Source: Candidatus Latescibacterota bacterium (lineage in GTDB: Bacteria > Latescibacterota > UBA2968 > UBA8231). From it: a DNA stretch of 64,000 nt. The stretch spans positions 736,001 through 800,000 of the forward strand of contig CBDCXV010000009.1 in the NCBI GenBank assembly GCA_965223905.1, in the 5' to 3' direction. Under the pieces are notes generated by a model. That model was not told the DNA's origin. It was given only the letters and a program-made list of their open reading frames with translations, and ran no database searches. This document shows positions 1 through 9,341 of the stretch, in pieces (position 1 is the first letter of the stretch; each line of letters starts with the position of its first letter). Position numbers and translations under genes: made by a program.

Positions 1-1
1 G

Positions 2-862
2 GCGGACCTGGACGGGGGCAACGTGGAAAACCTCGCCATCCCAACCGATCCGGATGGAATGGCAGGGATCGCCCTGGACTTGGCGGCCGGCAGGATGTAC
101 TGGATGGATTGGCGTTTCGAAAATTGGGAGGATATGACGTACAGCATCGGACGAGCCGGGCTGGCCGGTACAAGTGCTGAAGTCCTTTTGCACTACAGCT
201 TTTACACCGATGGCTTTTTCCCGGGGCGCGGCGTGGGCGGTATAGCCCTGGACCTTGTTGGTGGCAAGATGTACTCGGTAATCCGGCGCTGGGTCTATCG
301 GGGCAATCACGAGAATCCGGAATTCCCCGGCAGCCTCCACCGCTCCAACTTGGACGGCAGCGACCTGGAGTCCCTCGGCATCCCCGTGGGGTCGGATGCC
401 ATCGCCGTGGATGGGGTCGAAGGCAGGCTGTACTGGTCGCAGGGGGGTTCAATCCACTTGTCCGACCTGCAGGGCAACGAGGCAACCCTCATCACGGGAT
501 TGGGCGGGGTAGGGAGCATCGCCCTGGCGGTTTCCCGACCCGAGACCTCAGTCTCGACCTTTCTTCCCGAATCCGGCCTTCCCGCCCTCAGCGCCCTGGC
601 GCCCAACTATCCCAATCCCTTCAACGCCGGCACCCGGCTCGTCTACCGCCTGGCCGACGCCGGACCGGTGCGGCTGGAGGTCTACAACGTCCTGGGCCAG
701 CGGGTGCGGACGCTGGTGGACGAGACCCAGAAGGCCGGCTCCTACCGGGTCCACTGGGACGCGCGCGATCAGGGGGGCACGCCGGCCGCGGCCGGCGTCT
801 ATGTGACCCGCCTGCAGTACCCGGGCGGGGAGCAGACGCGGCGGCTGCTTCTGCTCAAGTAG
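2..862 (+). CDS. 5'-partial LDL-receptor/YWTD-type beta-propeller protein with C-terminal FlgD-Ig / T9SS-type sorting domain
   Basis: Repeated 'GIALDLxxGRMYW' and 'RSNLDGS' propeller blades; C-terminal 'PNYPNPFN...VYNVLGQRVRTLV...WD...GVY..RL'; the frame is open to the window edge. Confidence 0.85.
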   Translation, partial: ADLDGGNVENLAIPTDPDGMAGIALDLAAGRMYWMDWRFENWEDMTYSIGRAGLAGTSAEVLLHYSFYTDGFFPGRGVGGIALDLVGGKMYSVIRRWVYRGNHENPEFPGSLHRSNLDGSDLESLGIPVGSDAIAVDGVEGRLYWSQGGSIHLSDLQGNEATLITGLGGVGSIALAVSRPETSVSTFLPESGLPALSALAPNYPNPFNAGTRLVYRLADAGPVRLEVYNVLGQRVRTLVDETQKAGSYRVHWDARDQGGTPAAAGVYVTRLQYPGGEQTRRLLLLK

Positions 863-905
863 CCTTGACGAAGGTTGCCACCTGGAGGGGGTCAGGCCCT
901 GCTTC

Positions 906-2171
906 TCAGAAGTAGAGCTTGGTCTCGAGGTAGTAGAAGTCGGGATAGGTTCCGAACTCGCTGCGGAACCTGAGGTCTTCCGCAGTGCCCCCAACCGGCC
1001 GCCGGCCGCGCGCGATCACCGCCCCCGTGACCACCTCGACTTCGTCCGCGGCCGCCCAGACGAGGCCGGGCTGCGCCAACCATGAGCCGTCCCCGATTCC
1101 CCACAACAGGGCGAGGGAGCCGCTGACCAGGGGGTGAATCCGGCCGCTGGCGAGCCCGCCGAGAAGGTGGCGGCTCACGTGCCGGAGACGGCCTTCGGCG
1201 ACCAGGACGAACCGTTCCTTCAGGTCGCCGCGCGCGGCCCCGTTGTAGAAGTACTCCGCCTGAAGCTGCAGGTCGCGGACGGCGAAACCTCGGCCGACGC
1301 CGGCGACCGCGGCGAGGTGGTCGCCAACCGCTGAACCGCCCGAAGCCCCGGCCCCGGTCCCGTCCTGCGCGGCGAACCAGGCCGCTTCCCCGCGCAGCTG
1401 CAGGTCCCCCAGTTCACCCGTCACGGCTCCTCCGAGCTGATACCCCCCGAGAATCTTTCCTCCCTGCGCGGCGAGGTCCCAGCCGCGGGCGTTTCCATAG
1501 GCGCGCGCCACCAGGGCGCTGCGGTACCAGGCGTCCTCCCCCCCAGGCTGGGCTCCGGACTGCGCCCGCCCCGGCACCGCGACCAGGGTGGCGCCCGAGA
1601 AGTCGCCGAGGGGGAGATCGACGCGCAGGGCGTCGACGCCGGGCTTGTAGTCGCGGTCGAACTGGGTGGAGCCGAACGGCAGGAAGATATCGAGGGGGTT
1701 CCAGAACCAGGCCTTGCCGAAGGTGATCGCCTGACGCCCGGCGGTGATGTCGGCGCGCTCCAGGGCGATCCTGAGATGGGCGCGGTCGACGTGCGCCGAG
1801 GCCCTGACGTCGCCGGCGTCCCCCCACTCCCAGCGCGCGCCGGCAAGTCGGTAGGGATCCTCGGCGCCGCCGGCCCCCAGCAGGTTCACCGCGTCGCCGG
1901 CGGCGCTCGCTAAGGTGGTCAGCGCCAGGTTCTGAACGACGTGCGCCTCCCAGCGCAGGCGCGGGCCCGGGCGGCCTGAGGCGATGAAGCGCAGGGAAAG
2001 GTCGGTGCGGCCGTCGGCGCCGTTGTTTCGGCCCCAGAGCAGCTCCTGGTCGTAGTTGCGCGCCGCCACGCTGGTGGTCCGCAGGTTGGCGTCGATGTCC
2101 GCCGCGGCGATGCTGGCCGCCGCCAGCCCCGAGAGCGCAGCGCCGAGGCAGGCGGCGGAAACCGGCCTCAT
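906..2171 (-). CDS. Outer-membrane beta-barrel-like protein of the LolA-like/ABC cassette
   Basis: Real start MRPVSAAC (ATGA overlap with the ATPase stop); signal peptide; 'GRQAITFG..WFWNPLD...DRDYKPGVDALR'; C-terminal 'YLETKLYF' barrel signature. Confidence 0.8.
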   Translation of the reverse strand: MRPVSAACLGAALSGLAAASIAAADIDANLRTTSVAARNYDQELLWGRNNGADGRTDLSLRFIASGRPGPRLRWEAHVVQNLALTTLASAAGDAVNLLGAGGAEDPYRLAGARWEWGDAGDVRASAHVDRAHLRIALERADITAGRQAITFGKAWFWNPLDIFLPFGSTQFDRDYKPGVDALRVDLPLGDFSGATLVAVPGRAQSGAQPGGEDAWYRSALVARAYGNARGWDLAAQGGKILGGYQLGGAVTGELGDLQLRGEAAWFAAQDGTGAGASGGSAVGDHLAAVAGVGRGFAVRDLQLQAEYFYNGAARGDLKERFVLVAEGRLRHVSRHLLGGLASGRIHPLVSGSLALLWGIGDGSWLAQPGLVWAAADEVEVVTGAVIARGRRPVGGTAEDLRFRSEFGTYPDFYYLETKLYF

Positions 2172-2875
2172 TCGGCGGGGCGGCTCCCCGGCGCCGTATC
2201 GCCGGTGATGCGGCCGTCCGTGAGGGTCAGCAGGCGCCGGGCGCGCTCGAGGACGTGACTGTCGTGGGAGGAGAACAGGAAGGTCGTGCCCCGCTCTTCG
2301 TTCAGCTGCGCCATCAGGTCCATCAGCGACGAGGCGGTCGTCTGGTCGACGTTGGCGGTCGGCTCGTCGGCCAGCACCAGCGCCGGTTCCGAGGCGATGG
2401 CCCGGGCGATGGCGACGCGCTGCTGCTGCCCGCCGGAGAGCTCGCGTGGAAAGCGGTGCTCCATGCCGGCGAGACCGACCTGCGCCAGCAGCTCCATCAC
2501 CCTCTCGCGCCGCTCCCGCAGCCGCACCCCCTGCAGCATGAGGATGTACTCGGCGTTCTCGAAGGCGGTGAGAACGGGGAGGAGGTTGTAGGCCTGGAAG
2601 ACGAAGCCGATGCGCCGCAGGCGCAGCTCGCTGAGCCGGCTCCCCGCAGCGGAGGTGATCTCCTCGCCGGCGACGAACACCCTGCCCTCGGTGGTTCGGT
2701 CGAGGCCGCTGGCGACGTTGAGCAGGGTGCTCTTGCCGGAGCCGGAGGGCCCGGCGACGGCGGTGAACTCCCCGGGATGGATCTCGAGGTCGATCCCGGC
2801 GAGGGCGCGGGTCGCGACCTCCCCTTCGCCGTACTCCTTGACGACCCCCTCGAGGCGGACGATGGCGGCGTTCAT
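2168..2875 (-). CDS. ABC transporter ATP-binding protein (LolD/MacB-like)
   Basis: Walker A GPSGSGKST, signature LSGGQQQRV, Walker B LVLADEPT, H-loop SSHD. Confidence 0.95.
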   Translation of the reverse strand: MNAAIVRLEGVVKEYGEGEVATRALAGIDLEIHPGEFTAVAGPSGSGKSTLLNVASGLDRTTEGRVFVAGEEITSAAGSRLSELRLRRIGFVFQAYNLLPVLTAFENAEYILMLQGVRLRERRERVMELLAQVGLAGMEHRFPRELSGGQQQRVAIARAIASEPALVLADEPTANVDQTTASSLMDLMAQLNEERGTTFLFSSHDSHVLERARRLLTLTDGRITGDTAPGSRPAE

Positions 2876-2878
2876 CGC

Positions 2879-4120
2879 TCAGGCCCGCAGCACGTCGGCG
2901 ACGGCGATGCGCGAGATCTGCCGTCCCGGAATCAGGCTGAGAAATACAGTGGCGGCGAAGACCAGCAGCCACATCGAGACGAGGAGCTCGACGGTGACGT
3001 CGGCGTGGACCATGGTGTCGAGGGCGAATCCCGAGACGTCGATGTCATCGCCGTAGAAGCGCGAGATGTCGAGGCCTTCGGCCTGCATCCAGTAGCCGAG
3101 GCCCCCGCCGAGCAGGATCCCGAGGCTGCTGCCGAGAGCGCCGAGCAGGGCGGACTCGATCACCACCTGCAGGCGCAGCAGGGAGGCCGACACCCCGAGG
3201 GCGAGCTGCATCGCCAGCTCGCGGGTGCGCTCCAGCACCGACATCAGGATGGTGTTGAAGATCGTGAACAGGCTGAGGAAGACGACGATCCCCTGGAAGA
3301 TCAGGTTGCTGCCGCGGTCGACGCGGACGTAGCTGGCGAGCTCGGGCATCACTTCTTCCCAGGTGCGCAGGGCAACCCCGCGGGGAACGAGCTCCCGCGC
3401 CGCGGCCATGACCGCAGGCCGCCGGCCGGGATCGGCGAGCAGGACGCCGACCTGGGTGGCGTCGTCGTCGCCGAGGCCGTAGAGCCGGCGCGCGAACTCC
3501 AGCGGGATCTGCACCAGGTAGGCGTCCACTTCGTCGGAGCCGACCTCGAAGGTCCCCTTGACCCTGAAGAGCTCCTCGACGATCTCGCCGGAAGCGTCGT
3601 TCGTGGCGATGACGAGCTTCCTGCCGGTCCGGACCTCGAGCCGCTTCGCCAGCCCGGAGCCGACGACGATCTTGCGCCCGTCCCCCTCTTCGAGGTAGGA
3701 CCCGGCGACCATCCTGCCGGCGATCGGGGACGCCCCTGCCTCGATTGACGGCTCCACCCCCATTACGGACACACCTACCGCGCCGCTGCCCGACTTGGCG
3801 ACCCCCTGGCCGAGGATGAGGGCCTTGGTGCCCAGGACGCCGTCGAGCCCCTCGAGCTGGTCGCGCAGGCCGGAGACGCCGCCGACGAAGAGATCGACCG
3901 CGGGGGCCTCGCGGTAGTGCGGGTGCTCGAGGGTGAAGTGACCGCCCTGCATGCGCGTGGCGTCGTCGATCAGCTGGTTGTAGACGCCGTCGGCGAAGGC
4001 GATGAAGAAGACCGCCAGGGCGAGGCCGAAGGCGATGGCGCTGAGCGTGATCCAGGTGCGCCGCCGGTTGCGCCAGATGCTGCGCCAGGAAATCCTGAAG
4101 ATCACTGCGAGCTTGTCCAT
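2879..4120 (-). CDS. ABC transporter permease (FtsX/LolE-like)
   Basis: 'WRSIWRNRRRT' start, periplasmic MacB-type domain, 'NTILMSVLERTRE' motif, 4 TM segments. Confidence 0.92.
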   Translation of the reverse strand: MDKLAVIFRISWRSIWRNRRRTWITLSAIAFGLALAVFFIAFADGVYNQLIDDATRMQGGHFTLEHPHYREAPAVDLFVGGVSGLRDQLEGLDGVLGTKALILGQGVAKSGSGAVGVSVMGVEPSIEAGASPIAGRMVAGSYLEEGDGRKIVVGSGLAKRLEVRTGRKLVIATNDASGEIVEELFRVKGTFEVGSDEVDAYLVQIPLEFARRLYGLGDDDATQVGVLLADPGRRPAVMAAARELVPRGVALRTWEEVMPELASYVRVDRGSNLIFQGIVVFLSLFTIFNTILMSVLERTRELAMQLALGVSASLLRLQVVIESALLGALGSSLGILLGGGLGYWMQAEGLDISRFYGDDIDVSGFALDTMVHADVTVELLVSMWLLVFAATVFLSLIPGRQISRIAVADVLRA

Positions 4121-4192
4121 GTCAGATGGTACTGATTACCCGTTGCCGCCGATACGTCGCTGAAGGTGCGTCGTTCCGTTGCGCCGCTGCCC

Positions 4193-5428
4193 TCACTGAT
4201 GGGTCATCGCCGCCACCGGGTCGAGGCGCGCCGCCTTGAGCGCGGGAAACAGCGCCGCCGCGACGCAGACCGCCGACATCGAGACGACCGCAGTCGCCAC
4301 CCTCCCCGGATGCAGGGAGAACTGGTAGACCGCGGCGATCGGCATCCCCGACATGGTCAGCGATTCCCCCTGCCAGCGCGTCAGGTCGAGGCCGCCCGAG
4401 GCCTCGAAATAGAGGCTGACCCCGCTGCCGAGAACCGCCCCGATCAAGGAGGCGAACCCCGACAGCACCAGCGCCTCGACGAGGACGTCGCCGACGATGC
4501 GATGCGGCCGGGTGCCGAGGGCCTTGAGCATGCCGAACTCACGCACCCGGTCGTGGGTGGCCATGAACATCGTGTTGAGAACCCCCAAACCGGCGGCCAG
4601 CAGGAAGATGACGGAGAAGATCCCCATCGAGGCGCCGGAGACATTGAGCATGTCGGACAAGGTGGGCAGCAGCTCGCGCCAGGTTTCGGCCACCAGGGCC
4701 TGCCCCTCCTCTTCCCGGCCGGCGTACAGGGCCGCCACCTCCTCGGCGGCGGCGCCGTTGCCGAGCAGGGCGACCTCGTGGACGCGTCCGTCGGCGACGA
4801 AAAGGCGGTCGAAGTCGTCCCTGTGCATGAGGATGCCGCCGCGGTCGATCTCCTCGCCGACGCTTTGCAGGATGCCGGCGACCTGGAAGAGATCGTTGCC
4901 GAGGGAGCCGTCCGCGGCCTGCACCACGGCGACGATCTCCGAGCCGACGTCCGCCTGCAGACTGCGGGCGAGCCGGCGCCCGATCACCACCTCGGACTGC
5001 GCCGGCGCCGACAGGAAGCGGCCCCGCTGGAGCTTGCCGGCCATCTCGAAGGTGCTGCTCTCCGCGGCCGGATCGATGCCCCAGTAGCTGGCGCCCGCGG
5101 ACTTGGCGCCGCACGAGACCAGGCCGAAGCCGAAGCTGCGGGCCGCGGCCCCGAAGCCGGCGGCGGCCGCCCTGTCGAGCAGGGCCTGCGGCTCGGAGAG
5201 GCTCTTGTATATCGAGCGGTCGGCGCGGTACCCCGGTGCGTGCAGCTGCACGTCGCCGACGTAGGTGTGCCGCGAGCTGTGCACCAGCTGCGCGATCATG
5301 CCGTCCATCATCGCGTAGGTGAAGATGAGCACGGCCGTGTTCAGGGCGACGGCGGCCACCGTCACCGCGGTCCGCCGCGGCTTGCGCATGATGTTGCGCC
5401 AGGCAATGGCCAGGGTTGCGTCAGGCAA
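4193..5428 (-). CDS. ABC transporter permease (FtsX/LolE-like)
   Basis: 'AWRNIMRKPRRT', 'NTMFMATHDRVREFGMLKALG', C-terminal 'PALKAARLDPV'. Confidence 0.92.
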   Translation of the reverse strand: MPDATLAIAWRNIMRKPRRTAVTVAAVALNTAVLIFTYAMMDGMIAQLVHSSRHTYVGDVQLHAPGYRADRSIYKSLSEPQALLDRAAAAGFGAAARSFGFGLVSCGAKSAGASYWGIDPAAESSTFEMAGKLQRGRFLSAPAQSEVVIGRRLARSLQADVGSEIVAVVQAADGSLGNDLFQVAGILQSVGEEIDRGGILMHRDDFDRLFVADGRVHEVALLGNGAAAEEVAALYAGREEEGQALVAETWRELLPTLSDMLNVSGASMGIFSVIFLLAAGLGVLNTMFMATHDRVREFGMLKALGTRPHRIVGDVLVEALVLSGFASLIGAVLGSGVSLYFEASGGLDLTRWQGESLTMSGMPIAAVYQFSLHPGRVATAVVSMSAVCVAAALFPALKAARLDPVAAMTHQ

Positions 5429-5602
5429 TTATTTCGGATTCTCCTCTCGGCAGAAATCCCCACAGCGTCCGGACCAAACCTGTCAGGCTTTGGGGAGCGA
5501 GAAAGCCACGGGATTTTACGTTGAATCCGGTGTCGATCAGTGGTTTTCCAAAAGGTTGAAAAACATCCGATGCTCCCATGGCCAGGGATCGCATTTATAC
5601 GC

Positions 5603-6340
5603 TTACTCGCGCAGGCTGCGCAGGGAGAAGAGGTCCTCGGCGAGGGGAAGGTCGAACTCGATCTCCTCGTAGCGGACCTCGGTGTGCTCGTCCGGCTCGT
5701 CCGCGGGGGCGATGCGCATGCGTAGCGGAATCAGCCGATCCCCTACCTCGCGGTAGTCGCCGAAGCTCATTGTCCGGGCCGGCTCCATGTCCTCGTCGAA
5801 GTACTCGACCGCCACCGGCATCCCGTCGGCGCTGCGCATCCGGACCACCACCTTGCCCCAGACCACCGCCGCATCCGGTTTGGGGATGCAGACCACGGCG
5901 ATCTCCCCGGAACCGGCCTCGCCGTACTCGAAGTTGTAATCGTCGGCCATGCGGCTCTCCTTGACGAGGTCGTCGTTGGTGAAGTGGCTGCCCATCCAGG
6001 AGCCGCCCATCATCGACGACGGGACCTTGATGACGCGGTTGACCTTGGGCAGGTAGTTCCACATCTGCCGGCCGGACTTCAGGGTGGTCGTCCCCTTCTC
6101 CTTGCGCGGCGACAGGATGCGGAACAGCGACTTCTCCCTGCCCTGGCTCCAGGCCTCGAGCTTCAGCTCCCGGGTCCAGTGTTCGGTGACCACCGTCATC
6201 GCCATGACCGCGCGCGAGGAGTCGCCGCGGTAGAGGTCGTCGAAGCGGTCGAGAACCTCCCGGGGGCTCAATTCGCCGGAAGCGCCGACGGCGACGGGAA
6301 GGGCGAGCAGGAGCAGCAGCGCTGCCGGGATGGTTTTCAT
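5603..6340 (-). CDS. Outer-membrane lipoprotein-sorting protein (LolA-like)
   Basis: Start MKTIP with signal peptide; 'MWNYLPKVNRVIKV..SMMGGSWMGSHFTNDDL' and C-terminal 'FSLRSLR' typical of the LolA-like family. Confidence 0.88.
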   Translation of the reverse strand: MKTIPAALLLLLALPVAVGASGELSPREVLDRFDDLYRGDSSRAVMAMTVVTEHWTRELKLEAWSQGREKSLFRILSPRKEKGTTTLKSGRQMWNYLPKVNRVIKVPSSMMGGSWMGSHFTNDDLVKESRMADDYNFEYGEAGSGEIAVVCIPKPDAAVVWGKVVVRMRSADGMPVAVEYFDEDMEPARTMSFGDYREVGDRLIPLRMRIAPADEPDEHTEVRYEEIEFDLPLAEDLFSLRSLRE

Positions 6341-6533
6341 GGCAGGTGGCCGGGTGTGGGAAGCCATTTCCGGATCTCAATATAGGAGGAGAGCAGGAGC
6401 GCAACCCGGCTTCGGGGCGGCATGCCCACAGCCACGTGTATCTTACCAGTTGCAGGCCGGGCCGGTAGCCAGGTGCGCCAGATGCTCCCCATCAACAAAG
6501 CGACAAAGCCGCAGCCCACGCTTGCAGACGAGG

Positions 6534-7388
6534 ATGCAGGACATGGAAACTGGCCCAGGGCCGTCGAGAAGGCCGATCTGGGAAATCGAGGTACTCCGGG
6601 ACCGCCCGACCTTCGTAGCCGCGGCCTTGGGTGGGGACGGTGCCGCAAGGGCTTTCGCGCGCAACGAGCGGGGCCGGGACTTCGTCGTCGGCGATATCCA
6701 CGGGATGTTCTCCGCCCTCGAAAACTTCCTCGAGGAGCTGTCCTTCGACCCCGGCAGGGACCGGCTGTTTTCGGTGGGGGACCTGATCGACCGCGGCCCG
6801 GAATCCGACGCGGTTCTCCAGTGGCTGACCGGGCGCAGCTGGTTCCACGCCATCCGCGGCAACCACGACCAGTTCCTTCTCGACGCGGCCGCGGATCCCG
6901 CGGGGGAACGGGGCGAGGAGCATGACCTGTGGGTGAACTACAACGGCGGCGGGTGGTGGACCTCGGTCCCGGCCTCCGGGCGGCCTGCCTACGTGCAGGC
7001 GTTCTCTTCCCTGCCGTTTGCCGCGGAGGTGGATTGCGAGATTGGGCCTGTCGGGATCGTCCATGCCGATGTTCCGGAGGACCGCACCTGGGTGGAGTTT
7101 CTCTCCGCGCTCCGGGACGGAAGCCGCGAGGACAGCTATTGCGCGATATGGTCCCGGCGTCGCATGGAGCGCTTCGTCTACAGCGGCTCCGCCGAAAAGG
7201 CTCCTGCGGTAGAAGGGCGCGTGGCGTGCGTCATCTGCGGGCACGCCCGTGGACAGCGGGTAGTCAGGATCGCAAATCTGTGGATGATCGATACCGGGGC
7301 GGCCTACACCTGGGCGATGCCGAGCTCTCGCTTCACCATCGCCCGGATTCACCCCGGGCCGATACGGCTATTCGAGTATCCGACGTAG
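6534..7388 (+). CDS. Metallophosphoesterase, PphA / lambda Ser/Thr protein phosphatase family
   Basis: Motifs GDIHG, GDLIDRGP, RGNHD, VHA, GH, IDTGA; start uncertain (6534 or 6543). Confidence 0.88.
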   Translation: MQDMETGPGPSRRPIWEIEVLRDRPTFVAAALGGDGAARAFARNERGRDFVVGDIHGMFSALENFLEELSFDPGRDRLFSVGDLIDRGPESDAVLQWLTGRSWFHAIRGNHDQFLLDAAADPAGERGEEHDLWVNYNGGGWWTSVPASGRPAYVQAFSSLPFAAEVDCEIGPVGIVHADVPEDRTWVEFLSALRDGSREDSYCAIWSRRRMERFVYSGSAEKAPAVEGRVACVICGHARGQRVVRIANLWMIDTGAAYTWAMPSSRFTIARIHPGPIRLFEYPT

Positions 7389-7433
7389 TCGTTTCGGCGC
7401 ACCATTCGCCGTGGAACGCGCCCAAACACGAGG

Positions 7434-7820
7434 TTATCCGCCCATTTGCGCGATCCTTCGCGCCATCCAGGAGACATAGGCCGTACGGGTCATTTTGCGC
7501 CTCCGGGCCTCGGAGTCGATGAAGGAAGCCACCCCTTCGTCGAGGTTCAAATGGGCGCGCACGGTGCGGCCCGAGGGACGGATCAGGGGAATGGACACCA
7601 GCGCTTCTCCATCGAGGGGCTCGATGTCTTCGAGCGCGCTCGGGGCAGCCAGGGCCGCGCCGTCTTTTTCCGCTTCGATCGCACCATCCCGAAGCGCCTC
7701 TTCGGCATTCATCAGGGCCTCATCCATCGTCTTGCCCATGGCCGCGATGCCGGGAAGGTCCGGGAAGGTCACACCGTAGGCGCCTTTTTCGCCGTCGATC
7801 AGTGCAGGATATCGGATCAT
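7434..7820 (-). CDS. hicB: HicB family antitoxin with C-terminal RHH domain
   Basis: 'YGVTFPDLPG..AMG.T..EAL.NA.EAL' followed by an RHH-like tail. Confidence 0.9.
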   Translation of the reverse strand: MIRYPALIDGEKGAYGVTFPDLPGIAAMGKTMDEALMNAEEALRDGAIEAEKDGAALAAPSALEDIEPLDGEALVSIPLIRPSGRTVRAHLNLDEGVASFIDSEARRRKMTRTAYVSWMARRIAQMGG

Positions 7821-7844
7821 GGTCTCTCTTGTTTCCTTGGCCGC

Positions 7845-8036
7845 TTATTTGTCCACCCAACCGGCCTTCTTTGCAATGGAACGGGCCACTCCAGGCGACA
7901 GCTTGCTGTGTCTTGGCAAGGTGATTATGCCCTTGATGAGGGGATGCCGATAAATGTCATGTCCGCCACCGTGGCGCACCATATACCAACCTTCTTTCTC
8001 CAATTTCCTTTTGATCAGGCTGGTCCTGGTTTCCAT
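7845..8036 (-). CDS. hicA: HicA family toxin
   Basis: 'LEKEGW..VRHGGGHDIYRHP...TLPRH..LSPGVARSIAKKAGW'; directly upstream of hicB. Confidence 0.9.
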   Translation of the reverse strand: METRTSLIKRKLEKEGWYMVRHGGGHDIYRHPLIKGIITLPRHSKLSPGVARSIAKKAGWVDK

Positions 8037-8050
8037 CTTCGTGGTCCGAT

Positions 8051-8070
8051 ATGCGTACATATATGCACAT
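8051..8070. promoter_or_regulatory. Imperfect palindrome upstream of hicA, candidate HicB operator
   Basis: ATGCGTACAT/ATATGCACAT, about 15 bp before the hicA start. Confidence 0.35.
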
Positions 8071-8120
8071 TTCGGGAGCCAATGCCAATGTTGTCCATAT
8101 AATCCACTTCAGGAGTTCGG

Positions 8121-8180
8121 GAGAATACCCTGCCGCCGCGGGACCAGCCCGTCCTCGAAGAGCGGGACGGCATTCGCTGA
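8121..8180 (+). pseudogene. 3' remnant of a VapB/VagC antitoxin
   Basis: Encodes ENTLPPRDQPVLEERDGIR*, like the VapB C-terminal 'R.QP..QERE' motif; TGATG overlap with vapC; in-frame TAA at 8100 and no start codon. Confidence 0.65.
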
Positions 8181-8578
8181 TGTACATGCTGGATACCAAC
8201 ATCTGCATCTACGTCATCAACGAGCGCGACGAGGCCCTGCGCGAACGGTTCGAAGCACACGCGGCGGAGATCTGCATCTCCTCGATCACCTACGCGGAGC
8301 TTTGCTACGGGGTCGCCAATTCGGAACGCGTCGAGGAAAACAGGCGGATGCTGGAGGATTTTCGTCACGATCTGGCGATTCTTCCGTTCGGCGCCGATGC
8401 CGCGGCGCATTACGGCGAGATTCGCCAGGCGCTCAGGCAGCGCGGCAGGCCGATCGGTGCGAACGATCTCTTCATTGCGGCGCATGCCCGCAGTCTGGAC
8501 GCGGCTCTGGTTACGAACGATCCGGGGGAGTTCGGGCGCGTGCCGAAACTGCGGGTGGAGAACTGGTCCCGGTCGTAA
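8180..8578 (+). CDS. vapC: VapC PIN-domain toxin
   Basis: MYMLDTNICIY, TYAEL, IGANDLFIAAHA, LVTND..EF; acidic residues intact. Confidence 0.92.
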   Translation: MYMLDTNICIYVINERDEALRERFEAHAAEICISSITYAELCYGVANSERVEENRRMLEDFRHDLAILPFGADAAAHYGEIRQALRQRGRPIGANDLFIAAHARSLDAALVTNDPGEFGRVPKLRVENWSRS

Positions 8579-8800
8579 CCCCCTGCCTCCGCCGAGGTGT
8601 GACTGGTCCGCGCGGACGGTCAGCACCGCCTGTCTTCACCGGGAATGATACCGCGCATGAACTGGTCGGACAGGGGCAACCGTGAAGGAGGTATCACCGT
8701 CCAGGGCCGCGACCGCAGGCGCTGGAGTGCCGGCATGCAGGAACCGCCCGGGTTGCGGAACGTCAGCGGTCCGGGTATGTTGCGACAAATCGGAACTGAA

Positions 8801-9181
8801 ATGAGAATCGCCCGAGCCATCGCGCTGGCAGCGCTCGTCGCCGCCCTGCCGGCTTCCAGCTTCGCCCTGGAGGGGTACTGCCTCCACTGCGCGCAGGTGG
8901 AGACCGTCCCAGGCTGCCACCCGCAGCAGGCCGACGACCGGCCGCAGCTTCGGGCCGACTGCTTCTGCTGCGCCGCCCTGGCCTGCGCCGAGGATTCGCA
9001 GCCTTCCTCCGAGCCGGGCCACAGCTATCTGCCCGCGGCCAAGGCCCCGGCCGTTGCGCTCGCCGCCAAGGCTCCGGAACGCGCTCCCCGGGCGGCAACG
9101 CCGCGCCCCTCCGGAATTCGCCCCCCGCTGCATCCCGCCACAGTTCCCCTCTACGTCCTCCACGACGTCTACTTGATCTGA
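8801..9181 (+). CDS. Small exported Cys/His-rich protein, DUF2946/CruR-like, upstream of the metal-efflux genes
   Basis: Signal peptide, CLHC, GCH, CFCC, Pro-rich tail ending 'RPPLHPATVPLYVLHDVYLI'. Confidence 0.7.
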   Translation: MRIARAIALAALVAALPASSFALEGYCLHCAQVETVPGCHPQQADDRPQLRADCFCCAALACAEDSQPSSEPGHSYLPAAKAPAVALAAKAPERAPRAATPRPSGIRPPLHPATVPLYVLHDVYLI

Positions 9182-9341
9182 TCCTCCTCCGCTCTCGTCG
9201 CGCCGCCGCGGCCGATGCAGAGCGCAACAAGTGAAGCGCAGGCCGGTCCTGCCCCGAAGGCCGGGCCGCGAGTCCTGCGCATTGCCGCGCGTACCGGTCT
9301 ACCCGGCGCGCGGGCCGTTCGCCTTTTTCAGGAGGAGGAAG

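Noticed and set aside
2172-2972. N-terminal extension of the 688-aa ORF 906-2972
   Set aside because: Arg-rich off-frame reading of the ABC ATPase gene; the real start is ATG 2171 with a signal peptide.
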